Positions 38,618-50,862 of a stretch of DNA of 64,000 nt are shown here, piece by piece (positions within the stretch are counted from its first letter, which is position 1; every line of letters starts with the position of its first letter). The stretch lies in NCBI GenBank assembly GCA_030704615.1, contig CM060733.1:75516001-75580000 (forward strand). The letters are read 5' to 3'. A program made the translations under genes and the position numbers. The DNA is from Takakia lepidozioides. Lineage: Eukaryota > Plantae > Bryophyta. The notes under the pieces were generated by a model, which was not told where the DNA came from, did no database searches, and was given only the letters and a program-made list of their open reading frames with translations.

Positions 38618-40110
38618 ATGGACGTGGAAGCAAATCCCGATGATATACTGATCACGGAAAGCCCGCTTATACGGCCTCTTCGACAATGTTTGCAAACAGC
38701 AAAACCAGGACCCTTCAACAGGAAGGATCTCCATTGGAAGAGTGAGACGCAATATGGGTTTATGGGTGTGCGAGTGAATGTTGAAAAGGCCTGTATACCT
38801 TGGGATAGAGTTGGTGACTTCGTCCTGAGAGATGAGAGTTTGGAGGACTACCCCACTCAGTTTTGGGTGAATGTTCATTCTAAAGTGGAACCCGGCTTGC
38901 GAAAAGCACCCAAAACCAACATTTCTGTTCAGTATTATGTGTGCACCATCTTCAGTCATTTTGACGTTTCATTGCATGTCTGTTGCCATTTTTTGTTTCA
39001 CGAGTTTTCTGATTTTATGCTTCCTCAAGTCATTGGATATTGATTTTAGAATTTTCTGTCCAGGTATCAATGCTATTACGGTCCTGATGACAAGCGCACC
39101 AACAATAGTGGAGGATCCAAAACAGAAGCGTGGAGGACCTCTTGTGGGTGCTGGAATATCTTGCCCTCATAAAGGCCCAAGGAGAAAGAAGTCGGAGTAT
39201 GGAGAGTCTTACAAACGTGGTTGCCAATGTTGTTTCAAGGTCCATCAATGCTATCTCGCCCCTGACATCTGTGTCCTCACGTACTACAACAACATGGAGC
39301 ATACAGATGCGCAAGGGAAACCCTCGCATGGGAAGTCCGCAGAGTTCAGGAACACCCGCCACGCCTATGCACCACACATTAGCGAGGAATTGAAAGTCTG
39401 GGTCGTCGAGTGTTTGTGCCGAGGTATGTCGGTCGCCCAAATCATGATGGAGCGCCGATGATGCAGAGAGTGTGCGCATGTGGAGAGACCAGAATCCTGC
39501 GTCCGTTTTTTTCTATCAAGAGGAGAAATTAGAGCCAACATTCGAGCATTTTGATGGAGATTTGACATTCACTATTGGCATACAGACTCCGTGGCAGAAA
39601 CGATGAATGCTGGAACTAGGACATGACCGTATCGTTGCATGTGATGCAACCATTGGGACAAATCATGACAAGGTACTATTCGAACGATTTCATGGACTTG
39701 TACGAGCATGATAGCATAGTACCATGCAACATTCACATAATATTTGGTGTGCTGACCCTTTCTGTATGTTTAGGGTTATGTACGTTGCGGAAGACCGAGA
39801 GGCAGACCCATTGTGAACCGCTACAGACCTCATCACTCTTATGAAGTCTTCTCGTTCAGAACTGAGCGGAATTTGCATGCTCTAACCATCTTACATTGTG
39901 CATTCCAACAGTTCCCATTGTACACGTTGATGGTCTTCGACGAGTGGTTGAACGGTATACCAGTTGCCTATATCCTATCCGCGAGGAATCGGACAAGAGA
40001 CCTGTTCCGTGGATGAGAGCCTTGCGCGATTCACTCCTCGTAGATTTGTCGAGCTGGCGACCCAATGCCTTCATTGTGGACGATGCCGAAGCAGAAATCA
40101 ACGCTATTCG
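38618..40110 (+). pseudogene. MULE/SWIM-family transposase, N-terminal half (plant IPWDRV/RGCQC family)
   Basis: IPWDRVGDFV, YQCYYGPDD, KRGCQCCF..H, FTIGIQTPWQ, ACDATIGTN, FPLYTLMVFD and WRPNAFIVDDAEAEINAIR; ends at donor CG|GTAAGT; internal stops. Confidence 0.8.
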
Positions 40111-40119
40111 GTAAGTCTG

Positions 40120-40580
40120 TTGGTCCACAGCACCGGTCCATTGTCGAGGTCCACTGCAGCAGTCCATTGCTACAGTCCACTGGCAGACTCCTGTGGCGAA
40201 ACCCGATGGCAATTCGCTGGGCAAATCCACTGGTAGTCCGCTGTCAAGTCCGGTCATCAGTCCCCTGGCAAGTCCGCTGGCAGTCCCCGGCAAGTCCACT
40301 GCCAAGTCCACTCGGCAGTCCCTGGGGTCGGCCGTCCGCTGCCAAGTCCACTTGGTAGTCCCTGGCAAGTCCGCTCGGCAGTCCGCTGTGGCAGTCCAAT
40401 GGGGCAGTCCGCTGCCCCAGTCCTAGCTAGGGGAAGTCCACTAGGTAGTCCAATGGGGTTATTCCAGCACATCAACGTCATGGCATTGTACTGTCCACCG
40501 GGCGAGTTCAGTGGCTCTGCCTGCTGATACAGGTAGCTGTTACAGTCCACTCCGGCAGTCCACCATTACAGTCCGATCAA
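40120..40580. repeat. GC-rich (G)CAAGTCC/CAGTCCGCTG minisatellite (a second block at 38280-38420)
   Basis: Dense short-unit repetition. Confidence 0.75.
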
Positions 40581-40657
40581 TGAGAACCACAGTCCGGAAA
40601 TGCGTTTGACAAAAAATCACCCAGAAGGCTTTGCAAACTTACAATGTTTGCACTCAC

Positions 40658-41340
40658 TCGTATTCCGGGTTCTCCTTGGCATCAATGTCCACTGTCTCTT
40701 CCTCCGACTCTGACGAATCCGAGGAGTCTTTGGCTTTGATGGGAGCCTTCACATTCCGTTGCAGCCCTTCCAGATGGGATCCCCAGACGGATGTGTCCTC
40801 CTCGTAGGCAAAGAGGTGCCGGTTGGAAAACCGCCCAGCCCACATTGAGGCACGTGTTACAATGCCATCCACACATTATAACATGGCCCTTCAGATGTTG
40901 CGAATTAAAGCATAACGAGAATTTGCAGAACAACATAGAACAAGATTCTGCATACCTGTCCCACAGACGAGGTCGAGCACTGTGCCCTCCACGTCAGTGC
41001 ATGTCTCCATAATTGTCTGAATGAAGGCAGGGCTCCGAGTCCGTGAATACCGCAGGGGTTCCGTTGAAGTGAGGCTATGAGGGAGAAGTTTCGTGGGAAC
41101 ATTGTTGAACAGGACGTCGTAATCGATGGGGTTGCAGTTTGGGTCAACCAACAATCTCTCCTTCCGGAAAGCAAAGGTGGAGTTCTCCTTCATAAAGCAG
41201 TATGCATCGAACTGCTTTGTCTGCATACACAGTGGGGAACGATTAGAAATCGAATGCGGCACCGCATTTCAAAACACTCGTCCGCCATCGCCCTCTTCCA
41301 GAGAAAAAAAACACGCACGATATCGTGCTGTGTCTAGGGC
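40658..41340 (-). pseudogene. C-terminal exons of a beta-class amino DNA methyltransferase (SAM-binding motifs I-II)
   Basis: RSPAFIQTIMETCTDVEGTVLDLVCGTG, then an intron, then ASMWAGRFSNRHLFAYEED, matching the KP..L..LI...T..GD.VLDPFxGSGTT..A....R..IG.E.D pattern. Confidence 0.75.
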
Positions 41341-41669
41341 AGAGAGACACTTAAAGGAAAACCACCCGCAATTTCATCCACCATCCGGTATGGATGGTAT
41401 CAGACCAGGATGAAAAATGGGCATTCAATAGGTTTAAATCAAAGGAGCATAAACCTAAAATGCATTGAAATGCATATCTGCCTATAAATCATCCAGTTAT
41501 GGTTATAACAGAAATTTCATTCAGTATGGATGAAACCTTAAAAATTGGGATTAAAAATATATAGTATTTCCAAAATAAGTATTATGGAAAAAAATTGATA
41601 ATCCCAAACAAGTAGTTGGAGAGAGGGAGAGAGAGGGAGAGAGAGGGAGAGAGAGAGAGAGTCACCGGG

Positions 41670-43200
41670 GAAGGTGGTCATCATGGTACTCCAAGACACC
41701 ACATCTTGTTCAGCCATGTTGTTGAACACTCCCTTTGCATCCTTGCTACACCTACATTTGGCATACATATTGTCCACTAGGGGAGTGTTCAAATGACATC
41801 TGGTACATTTGCAGCTTTGACGATGCAACCATAGACCTTTTGCCCTTTTCCAGGGCTGCCAGGCTTGCACACGCATTGCAAACACATACACACGTTATGT
41901 GGTCGGGCTTCAGTATCCCTTCCCTCATAATTTGCTCATAGGTCTCCAAAGCCTCCATCCCACGCCCCTGTTGTGCATACCCTGCAAACATCGCACTCCA
42001 TGACACCACATCTCGTTCAGCCATAGTGTTGAACACTCCCTTTGCATCCTTGATGCACCCACATTTGACATACATGTCCACCAAGGCAGGGGCAGTGTTC
42101 AAAATGACATCTGGTAATCTGACAGGTATTCACATTTTGCCTTGGTTGTCCCACCATTGACTGGGGTCAGAAAAGTATTCATTCCAAAGCTTCTCCTCAT
42201 CTCTGTTACCTCTTTTGGATACTTTCCTGTTGTCACATTGGCAATATCATATCAAAGTCACTCCAAACTATCCCAGGTTCACTAAACCAACTAACTTGCA
42301 GAATTCAACATGGAAATTTCGGGCCGATTCTGATAAGAGGGAAAAACAGGGTGAAATGTGTTGAAAAACGTGCTTTCATTAGCAGACCATTTTCTCATTA
42401 GCAGATTTCTTGTAGCTATTGATCCACGGGGAATCAGAACTAATCTTGTGTTTGAAATCCGGCCCTCTTGGATGAACCTGGACCTCTATCCCTGGTCCTT
42501 TAGCTACCCCTGTCTGTGTACAAATCATGAATACTTGCTGCTAGCAGCTCACACTGACGGCGTGAAGTTCTTCCAGCAAACCCCAACCCTAATTATTACA
42601 ATAGTTCTAATTCTAAATTGCATCTACTTCTCTCTAGTGTAGTCCAACATGCATTCACCTTTTTGTCTCCATTGTCTCGCCATTGACTGGGGTCGGAAAA
42701 GTGTTCATTCCAAAGCTTCTCCTCATCTCTATTGCCTGTTTTTGGATACTTTCATGCTGCCAAACAGAGCAAAACAGGCTGAAATAGGTCAAAGAAGAAG
42801 GTATCCTCACCACATTGTCCTTTATCTTGTATCATGACCCATAGAGGATTTGACCGACCATCAGCCCAAAAGGACCCCTTGTGTGTGCTGCTTGTATCTG
42901 TAGTCAGGTATGTTGGATTGGTATGTGAGATCGAACCACCACGGTGCAGCTGAGCAGGCAGAGATTGAAACACGGCCTTCTAAGACCAAGCTGACTCTCC
43001 CAAGAACGGCGAGCGTCTCCTCGTCTCGTCTCTCTCCCAAAAACGGCGAGCTCACAAGAATATTGGGATCTTCTCCTCGTCTCCTCTCTTCCTCCTCTTC
43101 TCCTTCCTGCATCATTTGCTCAAGAGTAGGAAGGTCTGCAAAGCCTCCATCCCACGCCCCTGCATATCCTGCGATCATCGCGTTCCATGACACAACATCA
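41670..43200 (-). pseudogene. PLS-class PPR gene fragments with PDF-motif-like pieces
   Basis: ALVDMYVKCGCIKDAKGVFNTMAERDVVSWSAMFAGYAQQG; PDHITCVCVCNACASLAALEKGK; frameshifts. Confidence 0.8.
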
Positions 43201-43967
43201 AATAGATGGTGAAACGCAGGAGACGAAAAAGCCTAAGTCCCAGTCCGGTGTAAAGTTCGGCGGTGTAATCTTAAACCGTTAGATCTTAAACAATCTAGAC
43301 CGTTAGATCCTGTAAAATCTAACGATTCAAAATAATTTCCATCACATGATCTAACCTTGTACAACCACGTATTTTAATCTCATATATCTTGCGATCCTTG
43401 TTCAGCCACGTCCATCCAGGTCCAATTTATTGAACAGATATCAAATCGACACACCGTATAGGCGGATGGATGAACCCATCCATTGAATGAATTCATTAAT
43501 GTGTATGCCTTTTAAATGACATGTGTAGTGATGTAGTCATATATATAGAGTTATGAAACAATTTGCAGTAAGGGACTCATAAGTTTACATGCCATGTCAT
43601 CGATGGATAAACTCATCCAATGGATGAATACATTCATGTATGTGCTTTCAAAATGACACGTGTAGGGATGTCGTCGTATAAATAGAGCTGTAAAACCATC
43701 TTCAGTCATGGAGTCACAAGATTCCATGAAACGTCGTCCACGTCTAGTCAAACATATCACACTAGTCATAAAACCATCCTTGTCATCATGGTCAACAATG
43801 TTTGACCAATGCTCCCTAATTTTCCGGAGTCATGTAGTGATATCCATTACTATAAAGTGATAAAACTATGACTGCAACGCATTTCAGTGCTCTGTAGTCG
43901 TATACCTAGTGCCGTTTTTATGACTCCGCCAAATCCGTAGTCCTAAAAACGCTCATCTCTTGTAGCG

Positions 43968-44170
43968 ATCTTGGATATTCCGGACGGAGAGCCTGTGGAA
44001 GGACTGCAAGCTTTGCCATCTTGGAACAGGTTCTCCGAGGACTTTTGGAAGAAAGGATTCGGGCTCGCCCGCATGGTGTTGGACGACAGAGGCTGTGTGG
44101 TTGTCCTGGCGAGCAGAGGAAAAAACACGCAGACAGGAATTGCGAAGTGGACCCGCAAGAGCGCCGTCCC
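43968..44170 (+). pseudogene. methyltransferase catalytic exon (motifs IV-VI), inverted relative to the rest of the gene
   Basis: ILDIPDG...PSWNRFSEDFWKKGFGLARMVLDDRGCVVVL begins exactly at the CACTA TIR; joining via the ATC TSD gives SCDMIILDIPDG. Confidence 0.7.
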
Positions 44171-44457
44171 AATTCTGACTGGATAAGGCCCTGGGATACA
44201 TACCATAGCCCTGCATCTACTTATGGAAGTACAATCAGTTCAGCTTGTGCTTTTAGGAACATACAAGTCCTTTAAAGCTGTAATAGGGAATTGTTTTCAT
44301 CAAAGCTCTCACTCTTAGGCCTGCTGGAATGGTTTTCTCAAAGACCCGTTGAGCTTACAACATACTTGTTTAAGCTATTTAAACCCAAGAATTACCAAGC
44401 CAGATTACGAACTGTATTCTTAAGCTCCCCCAAGGGTTTGGGAATGTGACATGGTAA

Positions 44458-44459
<2 letters not shown>

Positions 44460-44499
<40 letters not shown>
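44460..44499. repeat. (CT)n microsatellite
   Basis: About 20 CT units. Confidence 0.95.
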
Positions 44500-44504
<5 letters not shown>

Positions 44505-45643
44505 CCTCCTCTGATACATGATACATATATACATGATTTGTGCAGAGGCATGGATAGCTGAAGGAGCAGGGATAGAGTGCATGGGTCCAGATTCATCCAA
44601 GAGGGCCGGATTTCAATCTCCAGATTACATATGATTCCCTATGGAAGGATAGCTACAAGAAACCTGCATGGATAGATGATCAATTGGTTGGTCTTGAGCT
44701 GAAGAGCACGACCCCTGCAGGGATGTCTCTCCATCTGTAGATCTTTTAGGAAGTGGAAGGCTAGGCCTAGGGCCCAGCTTTCTTATGACATTGTTAGCTG
44801 ATTTTCAGTTCTTCTCCTTAGCTCGGTGCCTTTCTGTTTCCAAGTTATGGCAGTAGTTTCTGGCTGCAGTCTCTTTTCCTGCTAGACTCTTTAGCTCTAT
44901 GCAGACCCCCTTCTTTGCTTGCCTTCCTTCTTACTACTCTTTCTTGTCTTGGTACACGAAGCTGTGTCTTCTTCTTTCAGCCTCTATGGCACTCTATCCA
45001 GAGGTTATTTTTCCTCTTTGTATCCAAGGACATTTTATGTCCATTACCTATAAAGTGCTAGAGGCCACTGTCCCCCACTGTCCCTCTTTGTTAACAAAAA
45101 TAAAAAAAATAAAAAAAGACAACAATGGCTTCCATTCTATTTTCCTAGAAACCTAATGAGAATTTAAATCAATTAATAATCTAAATATTATAATTGTATG
45201 ATTTAATTTATTAAATTAAAATATTATTAAAAAACCTCTTTAGTCATGAAGTTATATACTCATGACTACATCATGGCAACGTGGCATTATATGATACAAT
45301 ATTCTTTCCCATGTGTGGGTCATATATGTTGTCCATGTGGACACGTGTCACATCCGGAGTGCTACATATGTCTCTCTGACGCCTCTCCAATGGAGTTATA
45401 CTTTGTAGACATGTAGTCATATAGTTAGTCATATATAAATCATATACTTGTGACTACATCCTCTCTACAGCATGATTCTAGGTGCCACGCACGCAGTCAC
45501 GGCTATGACTTGCAAAACGCAGTCCTAAAGACTAGTCGCTATGACAGGGCTTTTTTCACTGCAGAGTGATATAGTCATGAACGCATATAGGACTGAAAAA
45601 ATAGTCATATGTGCAGTCATAAAAACGCTCATCTGTTGTAGTG

Positions 45644-48600
45644 GATGATCATATCGCAAGACTACTCGGTGGCATTTCCGCCCCTCCTACAATCCTTGTC
45701 TGCACACACCCTCTCAAAGAACGAGACCATCTTCAGAAACCCTGGGGTGTCGGAAGGCTCTTCGGCAGCCGCCTTCTTCGGTGCTCTGCCCTTCAGACCC
45801 TCCATGGTCTTCATGTATGCCAACTTGGCTGCCCGTCCATCCAAAGCCGCCAAGAAACTCTCATTTACACACTGGACTATTGTATCGGGATCCACTTTCG
45901 GCCTCTTCATTTCCACTGGCTCGAAAGGGTGCCCCCCCGGGGGGTTGAAGAGTGCTTTCTTTGCCGAGCCTGTTCTTGTCCCTCTCGTGACAACGGTGGG
46001 CACAGGGGATTTCGGCTGCGTTTCGGGGGGTGGGCTGGTTGCAAAGTCTCCATCGGAGTCCTCTTCGTCACCTCTCTTCCTGCTCTATCTGTTTCTGCTT
46101 CTTCGTTTTCTTGGGTGTCACAATTGCTGCTCCTTGCTGGCGAGTCCTCTTCTTCGACCCCTTCTGTTGAGCTTGCACAGCTGCATCCACCGTCTTTTGT
46201 GCCATCTCAGCTGCCTTTCTGGATTGTTCCAGAGCAGCAGCTTCATTTGCCGACTCTGGCCCAGCAGGGACACGTCTTTCCTTTCTCTTCTCTTCTGCTT
46301 TCGCGTGCAGATCTTTCTCAGACTCGTCAACAATTCCGCCAGACATGTCCAGGTACCACGGGCATCCAACGAGATGCGCGGCATGCCATTGTTTTTGCAT
46401 CTCGGGTGTGTAGACACAGCTTGGGCCCGCCACGGTCCAAGCCATGAAGAACAGGGGCTCTTGAGCCAGGGCCCCTGTCTGAAGAAGCACGTATTTCATA
46501 TACCTGCAAGGCAGTCAGCATGCGTGAGCAAAAGTTGAGACCAACGTACTCGCAGAGTGCAACAGAAAACATAAAATGCGAATGCGGTGCCGCATTTCCC
46601 AGACAAACCTCATAACCAGGCTTTGCATACAAGGGCAGCTGGGCTTCACCTGGAAACAATTCGCATTGCAGCTTTTCCTGCTCCCTCCTGATGTGTAAAC
46701 TCCACGCTCCTTCTTGCTGTCTGTAGCTCCCTGGTGAAGAGGTTGTCCTTATACGCACATCTGAAACGTGTCACGTAGTCTTCCAATGTCTGTGTTCCAT
46801 CCCATTTGACGTACAAGCCGAACGAATTTGTATGCATTACGACTTGCTCCTTCGCATTTGTCATTACCTGCGATTCCCACATGCATTGTCACGTAGCAGT
46901 TTAGGGAATTCATTTCAGAAAAGCAAATCTGGGGAAGTACCTTGAATTACCTGGAACCACCAAGTCATGCGGTTGAGCCACACATCCACTGCAGGGTCGG
47001 AAACTTCGAGTGGAAAAGACCACATTGTCCTTATACTCTCCAATGCATTCCAGATCGACAGCCACCGTGTCTGCCATTTCCGATCCAATGTCAGGAGCAG
47101 GAAGAAGAGTGGCTATTGCTAGGAAGGAACTTCAGTGCATTGAAACCTCACCTTGTCTTTTGCCTCAACACATGTCGTTGAGAGGTGATGCAGTTTCTCC
47201 AACTGCATGGTCGAGTGTTTTGCAATCTCGGGGATGAAGTCCTTTCCAAGTGTCGGATCTGCAATTGCCACCAGCTTCACAAGCTTTGACTTGTATTTTG
47301 TTCTCGTCTCGACCCCGGCTTCCTTCAAGTGCTCAGTCAATGACTGCAACGTTTTGACCTGCCCCTCACTTTCCATGAAGAAGCGTTTGGCATGGGCCAA
47401 ATCTAGCTTGATTTTTGACTGCCAACAAAAACATGCAGAAGCGTTACATTCGATTCATGTGGAAAGATTACTGAAAATTAGGGAAGGATGAGCAGAGGGA
47501 AATGGGAGGACAACTTACTTCGTATATCACCTCCACCATTCCATCCATAGTGAGACGATACCATGTCCGGTCAGTTTTTGCCACGGATTTTTGAATGAGC
47601 TCGGGCTCCAGCATTTCCGCAAACATGTGCGGATCAGTGAGACCAGTTTTCCTCACCCTATACAGCATATGTGCCATGTGGGTATGCACGTACGCATTTT
47701 CAGTGACCCTGCAAGGCACACTCTCCAGTTCAGTCCACGGAAGCATGGAAACAAAACAGATTGGAAACCGAAATGCGGCACCGCATTTCGAACGTGCTTG
47801 GGAGGGTATGAGTATCTTACTTGTTGAGGTCCGCCATGGAATTCTTGAGCAGGGAGGAGTCTGCCGCCTTCACCTTGAGGATGACACACTCCACCATGTA
47901 ATGCCAGCCAATGTGCTTGGCATGGTTCTGCTTGATGTACTCCCACCAGGTAAGAAGGCGGTGATTCCCGTCCCACACAAAGAACATTTTACTCGACATA
48001 TGGCCGAAGTCTGGATCACCCTTCAGCGTTGCCTCAAATTCGTCGTTGCGAGTGTGCCCGTGGGTATCCCATGTTGACAATTCATCTGCAGTGGGTCCAC
48101 AAGTTTCGCCGTCATCATTCTCAATGGAAACGTAGAAGGTTGGCGAACCTAGACGGTACTCTTCTCGAAATGCGAACTTGAGCTTATCCACATCTCCGGG
48201 AAGTGCCTGCCTGACGATGGGAAGGGAGACCATGCGATAGAGTGGGATTCGAAGAGTCCGCTGGAATACCCTGCTGCCCAGAACTTTGCCAATGCTACTG
48301 TGTGTCTCCTCCAACATTGTATCCGCTGCACTTTGGAATTCCTCCGGAGACATTTCTATAGGTGGCGGTACGGGCTGAGCAGCTAGAGCATTCCCAACTG
48401 GAGCTGCACTCTGGGGAATCTTTGCGGGCAATTCTGCAAATCCTCCGGGCCTGCAGTATTATGAAGATCTTCCTCAACGGTGGTCAGGTCTTGCTACGAA
48501 CGTTGAGCGGTAGCACCCTCCTCCGGTAACAGATCGACGAAATTGGTCGATCCCATTGCCTTCGCTGCAGCAGAGACGACCCCAACATCACCAGGCTGGA

Positions 48601-49440
48601 AATCAAGCAGGAACTGGGCTTCAGCTCGTGGAATCGGTTTTGCGGGAGACTGCTCCGCCCTCCCCCTGATTGCCTTGTGCTTCCTCATTCTTGCAGGTGA
48701 AGGTGTCTGCTGCAATTGAATCTGCCCTGTACCCTTCTGCTTCATTCACGTGGGTGGGGGGGAAACGGCCTGGTCTGGTTCAGAAACCAGTTGAAGGACG
48801 GGCTGCTTCTTCTTCGTCTTTGCTGGAGAAGGGCCCAACCCCTGCTGGCGATTCTCCATGACCTTCGAACGCGAGTCGCTCTCTGGGGCTTTGAACTGCA
48901 AAGACTTGCCCTTCGAAGCCGCGTCCTTGAAACGCACAAGGCTAGGCCCGGCAGGAAGACCCGTGCTCATGGATCGGCTGGGTGTGCGTGCTGCAGCTAG
49001 CTCCACGGACTCTTCCTGCGGCTCTTCGGATTCCTGCGATCCCTCCAGCACGTCCACCTTTCCGGTTAGGCATGCAAACATCTTCTGTATTCAAGTCTCC
49101 TAGCATACAGTCTAAGAATTGCAGAAGAAAAATGAGGGGGGGTTTCGGTGCTCGATCAGCTGCGCGCATCCCAATAGCACGGAGCTCTCACTGGTGGCTG
49201 GGTTGCCTGCGTGGCCTGCTCCTGCGAGATGGCAATCTCCTCCTGTAGACACATCTGTTTCCTCCCCTTCGGCATTGGCCTACGTCCGAAGTACAATTTT
49301 CGGAGCTTGCGACGATGTCTCTTCTCTGGTGCACGAACTCCCTCCCTCTCAGGTTCGAGCATAAGAAGAACAGAGACAGGGAAAAGGGGCGAAGAGTGCA
49401 GATGGAAAGGGCGCAAGAGGGGTGACTGAGTAGACATGAC
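45644..49440 (-). pseudogene. ParB/Srx-like-domain gene, N-terminal part of the ParB-methyltransferase fusion (multi-exon, with stops)
   Basis: RIPLYRMVSLPIVRQALPGDVDKLK...FYVS...FFVWDGNHRLLTW...VECVIL; downstream exons end KDCRRGGNATE*SCDMII at the CACTA junction. Confidence 0.72.
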
Positions 49441-49709
49441 AAAAGAAGATGAAACGGCGGTGATGCACCACTTGGGTTCGAAAGGCTTGGACGAAAGTGT
49501 CTCCTCGTGGACTATGCGTCATTACAAAATTTGAATCGTCAAGGGTACGCCTGCCGTCCGAAAAACAAACATCATTAACCAACGGTCAGGCCGCGCCGCC
49601 TCCTGCCACTTCAGTCACATAGAGTGCAGACATGTGCCGCAATTCCGTTAGTCCACGTGTTCACATATCATGGCATTTCCATCCCAGTGTCTGATGAGTT
49701 TGAGTGAAA

Positions 49710-50862
49710 ATGCAAATGCGGCGCCGCATTTCCGTTAAGTACCATCCCGAAGCTACACATACCGTACTTGTTGGACGAAAATGCGGTGCCGCATTTCCGT
49801 CCCACAGATCCATGCCTGAGATACAAAAGGGAAATGCGGCGCCGCATTTCTGTTCTGGAATGTCGGAAGGTGCGACTCGGACGAAAATGCGGTGCCGCAT
49901 TTCAGTTCCGGTGGTTCACGATTTTCAGTCAGAACGGAAATGCGGTACCGCATTTCCGTTCTTGAGAGTATGAAGGTCTCCCCCGGACGGAAATGTGGTG
50001 CCGCATTTCCGTCCCACAGCTCCATGCAACAGATACAAAACGGAAATGCGGCGCCGCATTTCCGTTCTGGAATGTCGGAAGGTGCGACTCGGATGGAAAT
50101 GCGGTGCCGCATTTCAGTTCCGGTGGTTCACGATTTTCAGTCAGAACGGAAATGCGGTACCGCATTTCCGTTCTTGAGAGTATGAAGGTCTCCCCCGGAC
50201 GGAAATGTGGTGCCGCATTTCCGTCCCACAGCTCCATGCAACAGATACAAAACGGAAATGCGGCGCCGCATTTCCATTCTGGAATGTCGGAAGGTGCGAC
50301 TCGGACGGAAGTGCGGTGCCGCATTTCAGTTCCGGTGGTTCACGATTTTCAGTCAGAACGGAAATGCGGTACCGCATTTCCGTTCTGGAGAGAATGAAGG
50401 TCTCCCCCGGACGGAAATGCGGTGCCGCATTTCTGTCGCACTGGTGCATGACTAAGATGCAAAATGGAAATGCGGCGCCGTATTTCCGTCCAACAGCAAT
50501 CGAAAGTAGCACACCGGACGGAAATGCGGAACCTCATTTCCGTCCACTGGATTCCATTGAAAGAGACCGGACGGAAATTTGTCACCGCATTTCCGATCCT
50601 GCCTATCCAAAGTGTCATAGTCGATGAAAATGCGCTGTCGCAATTATTTTCTACCGTGTGTTCCTAGTCCCGTTGGACCTAAATGCGATACCGCATTTCC
50701 GTTCCACTATGGGCCTGCTTTTACAGTGGACTGAAATGTGGTACCGCATTTCCGTTGCACCAGTATTTTTGTTTCTCTGTTGACGGAAATGCGGTGCCGC
50801 ATTCCCGATAACAATCAACGAGAGGATGATGTCGAACTGAGATGCGGGACCGCATTCCCATT
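49710..50862. repeat. array of 22 palindromes GGAAATGCGGYRCCGCATTTCC, 21 of them at a 53-bp period
   Basis: Centres at 49787, 49840, 49893 ... 50795, 50848 (one 54-bp step); a 212-bp higher-order repeat in the left part and non-repeating spacers in the right part. Confidence 0.95.

Larger units (their letters stand above)
41345..45643. mobile_element. non-autonomous (Pack-)CACTA element, internally inverted
   Basis: TIRs C(A/G)CTACAA(C/G)AGATGAGCGTTTTT ending at 45643 and 43967, each abutting ATC (3-bp TSD); TAGTCAT/ATGACT subterminal repeats; carries PPR fragments. Confidence 0.75.

Noticed and set aside
40600-49440. Bacterial contamination as the source of the ParB-MTase
   Set aside because: The gene has GT-AG introns, a plant CACTA insertion and is interleaved with plant TEs.
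49710-50862. True CRISPR array
   Set aside because: Eukaryotic context, no cas genes, degenerate repeats, spacers repeated in a 212-bp higher-order unit, and the motif is also dispersed in introns and TIRs.
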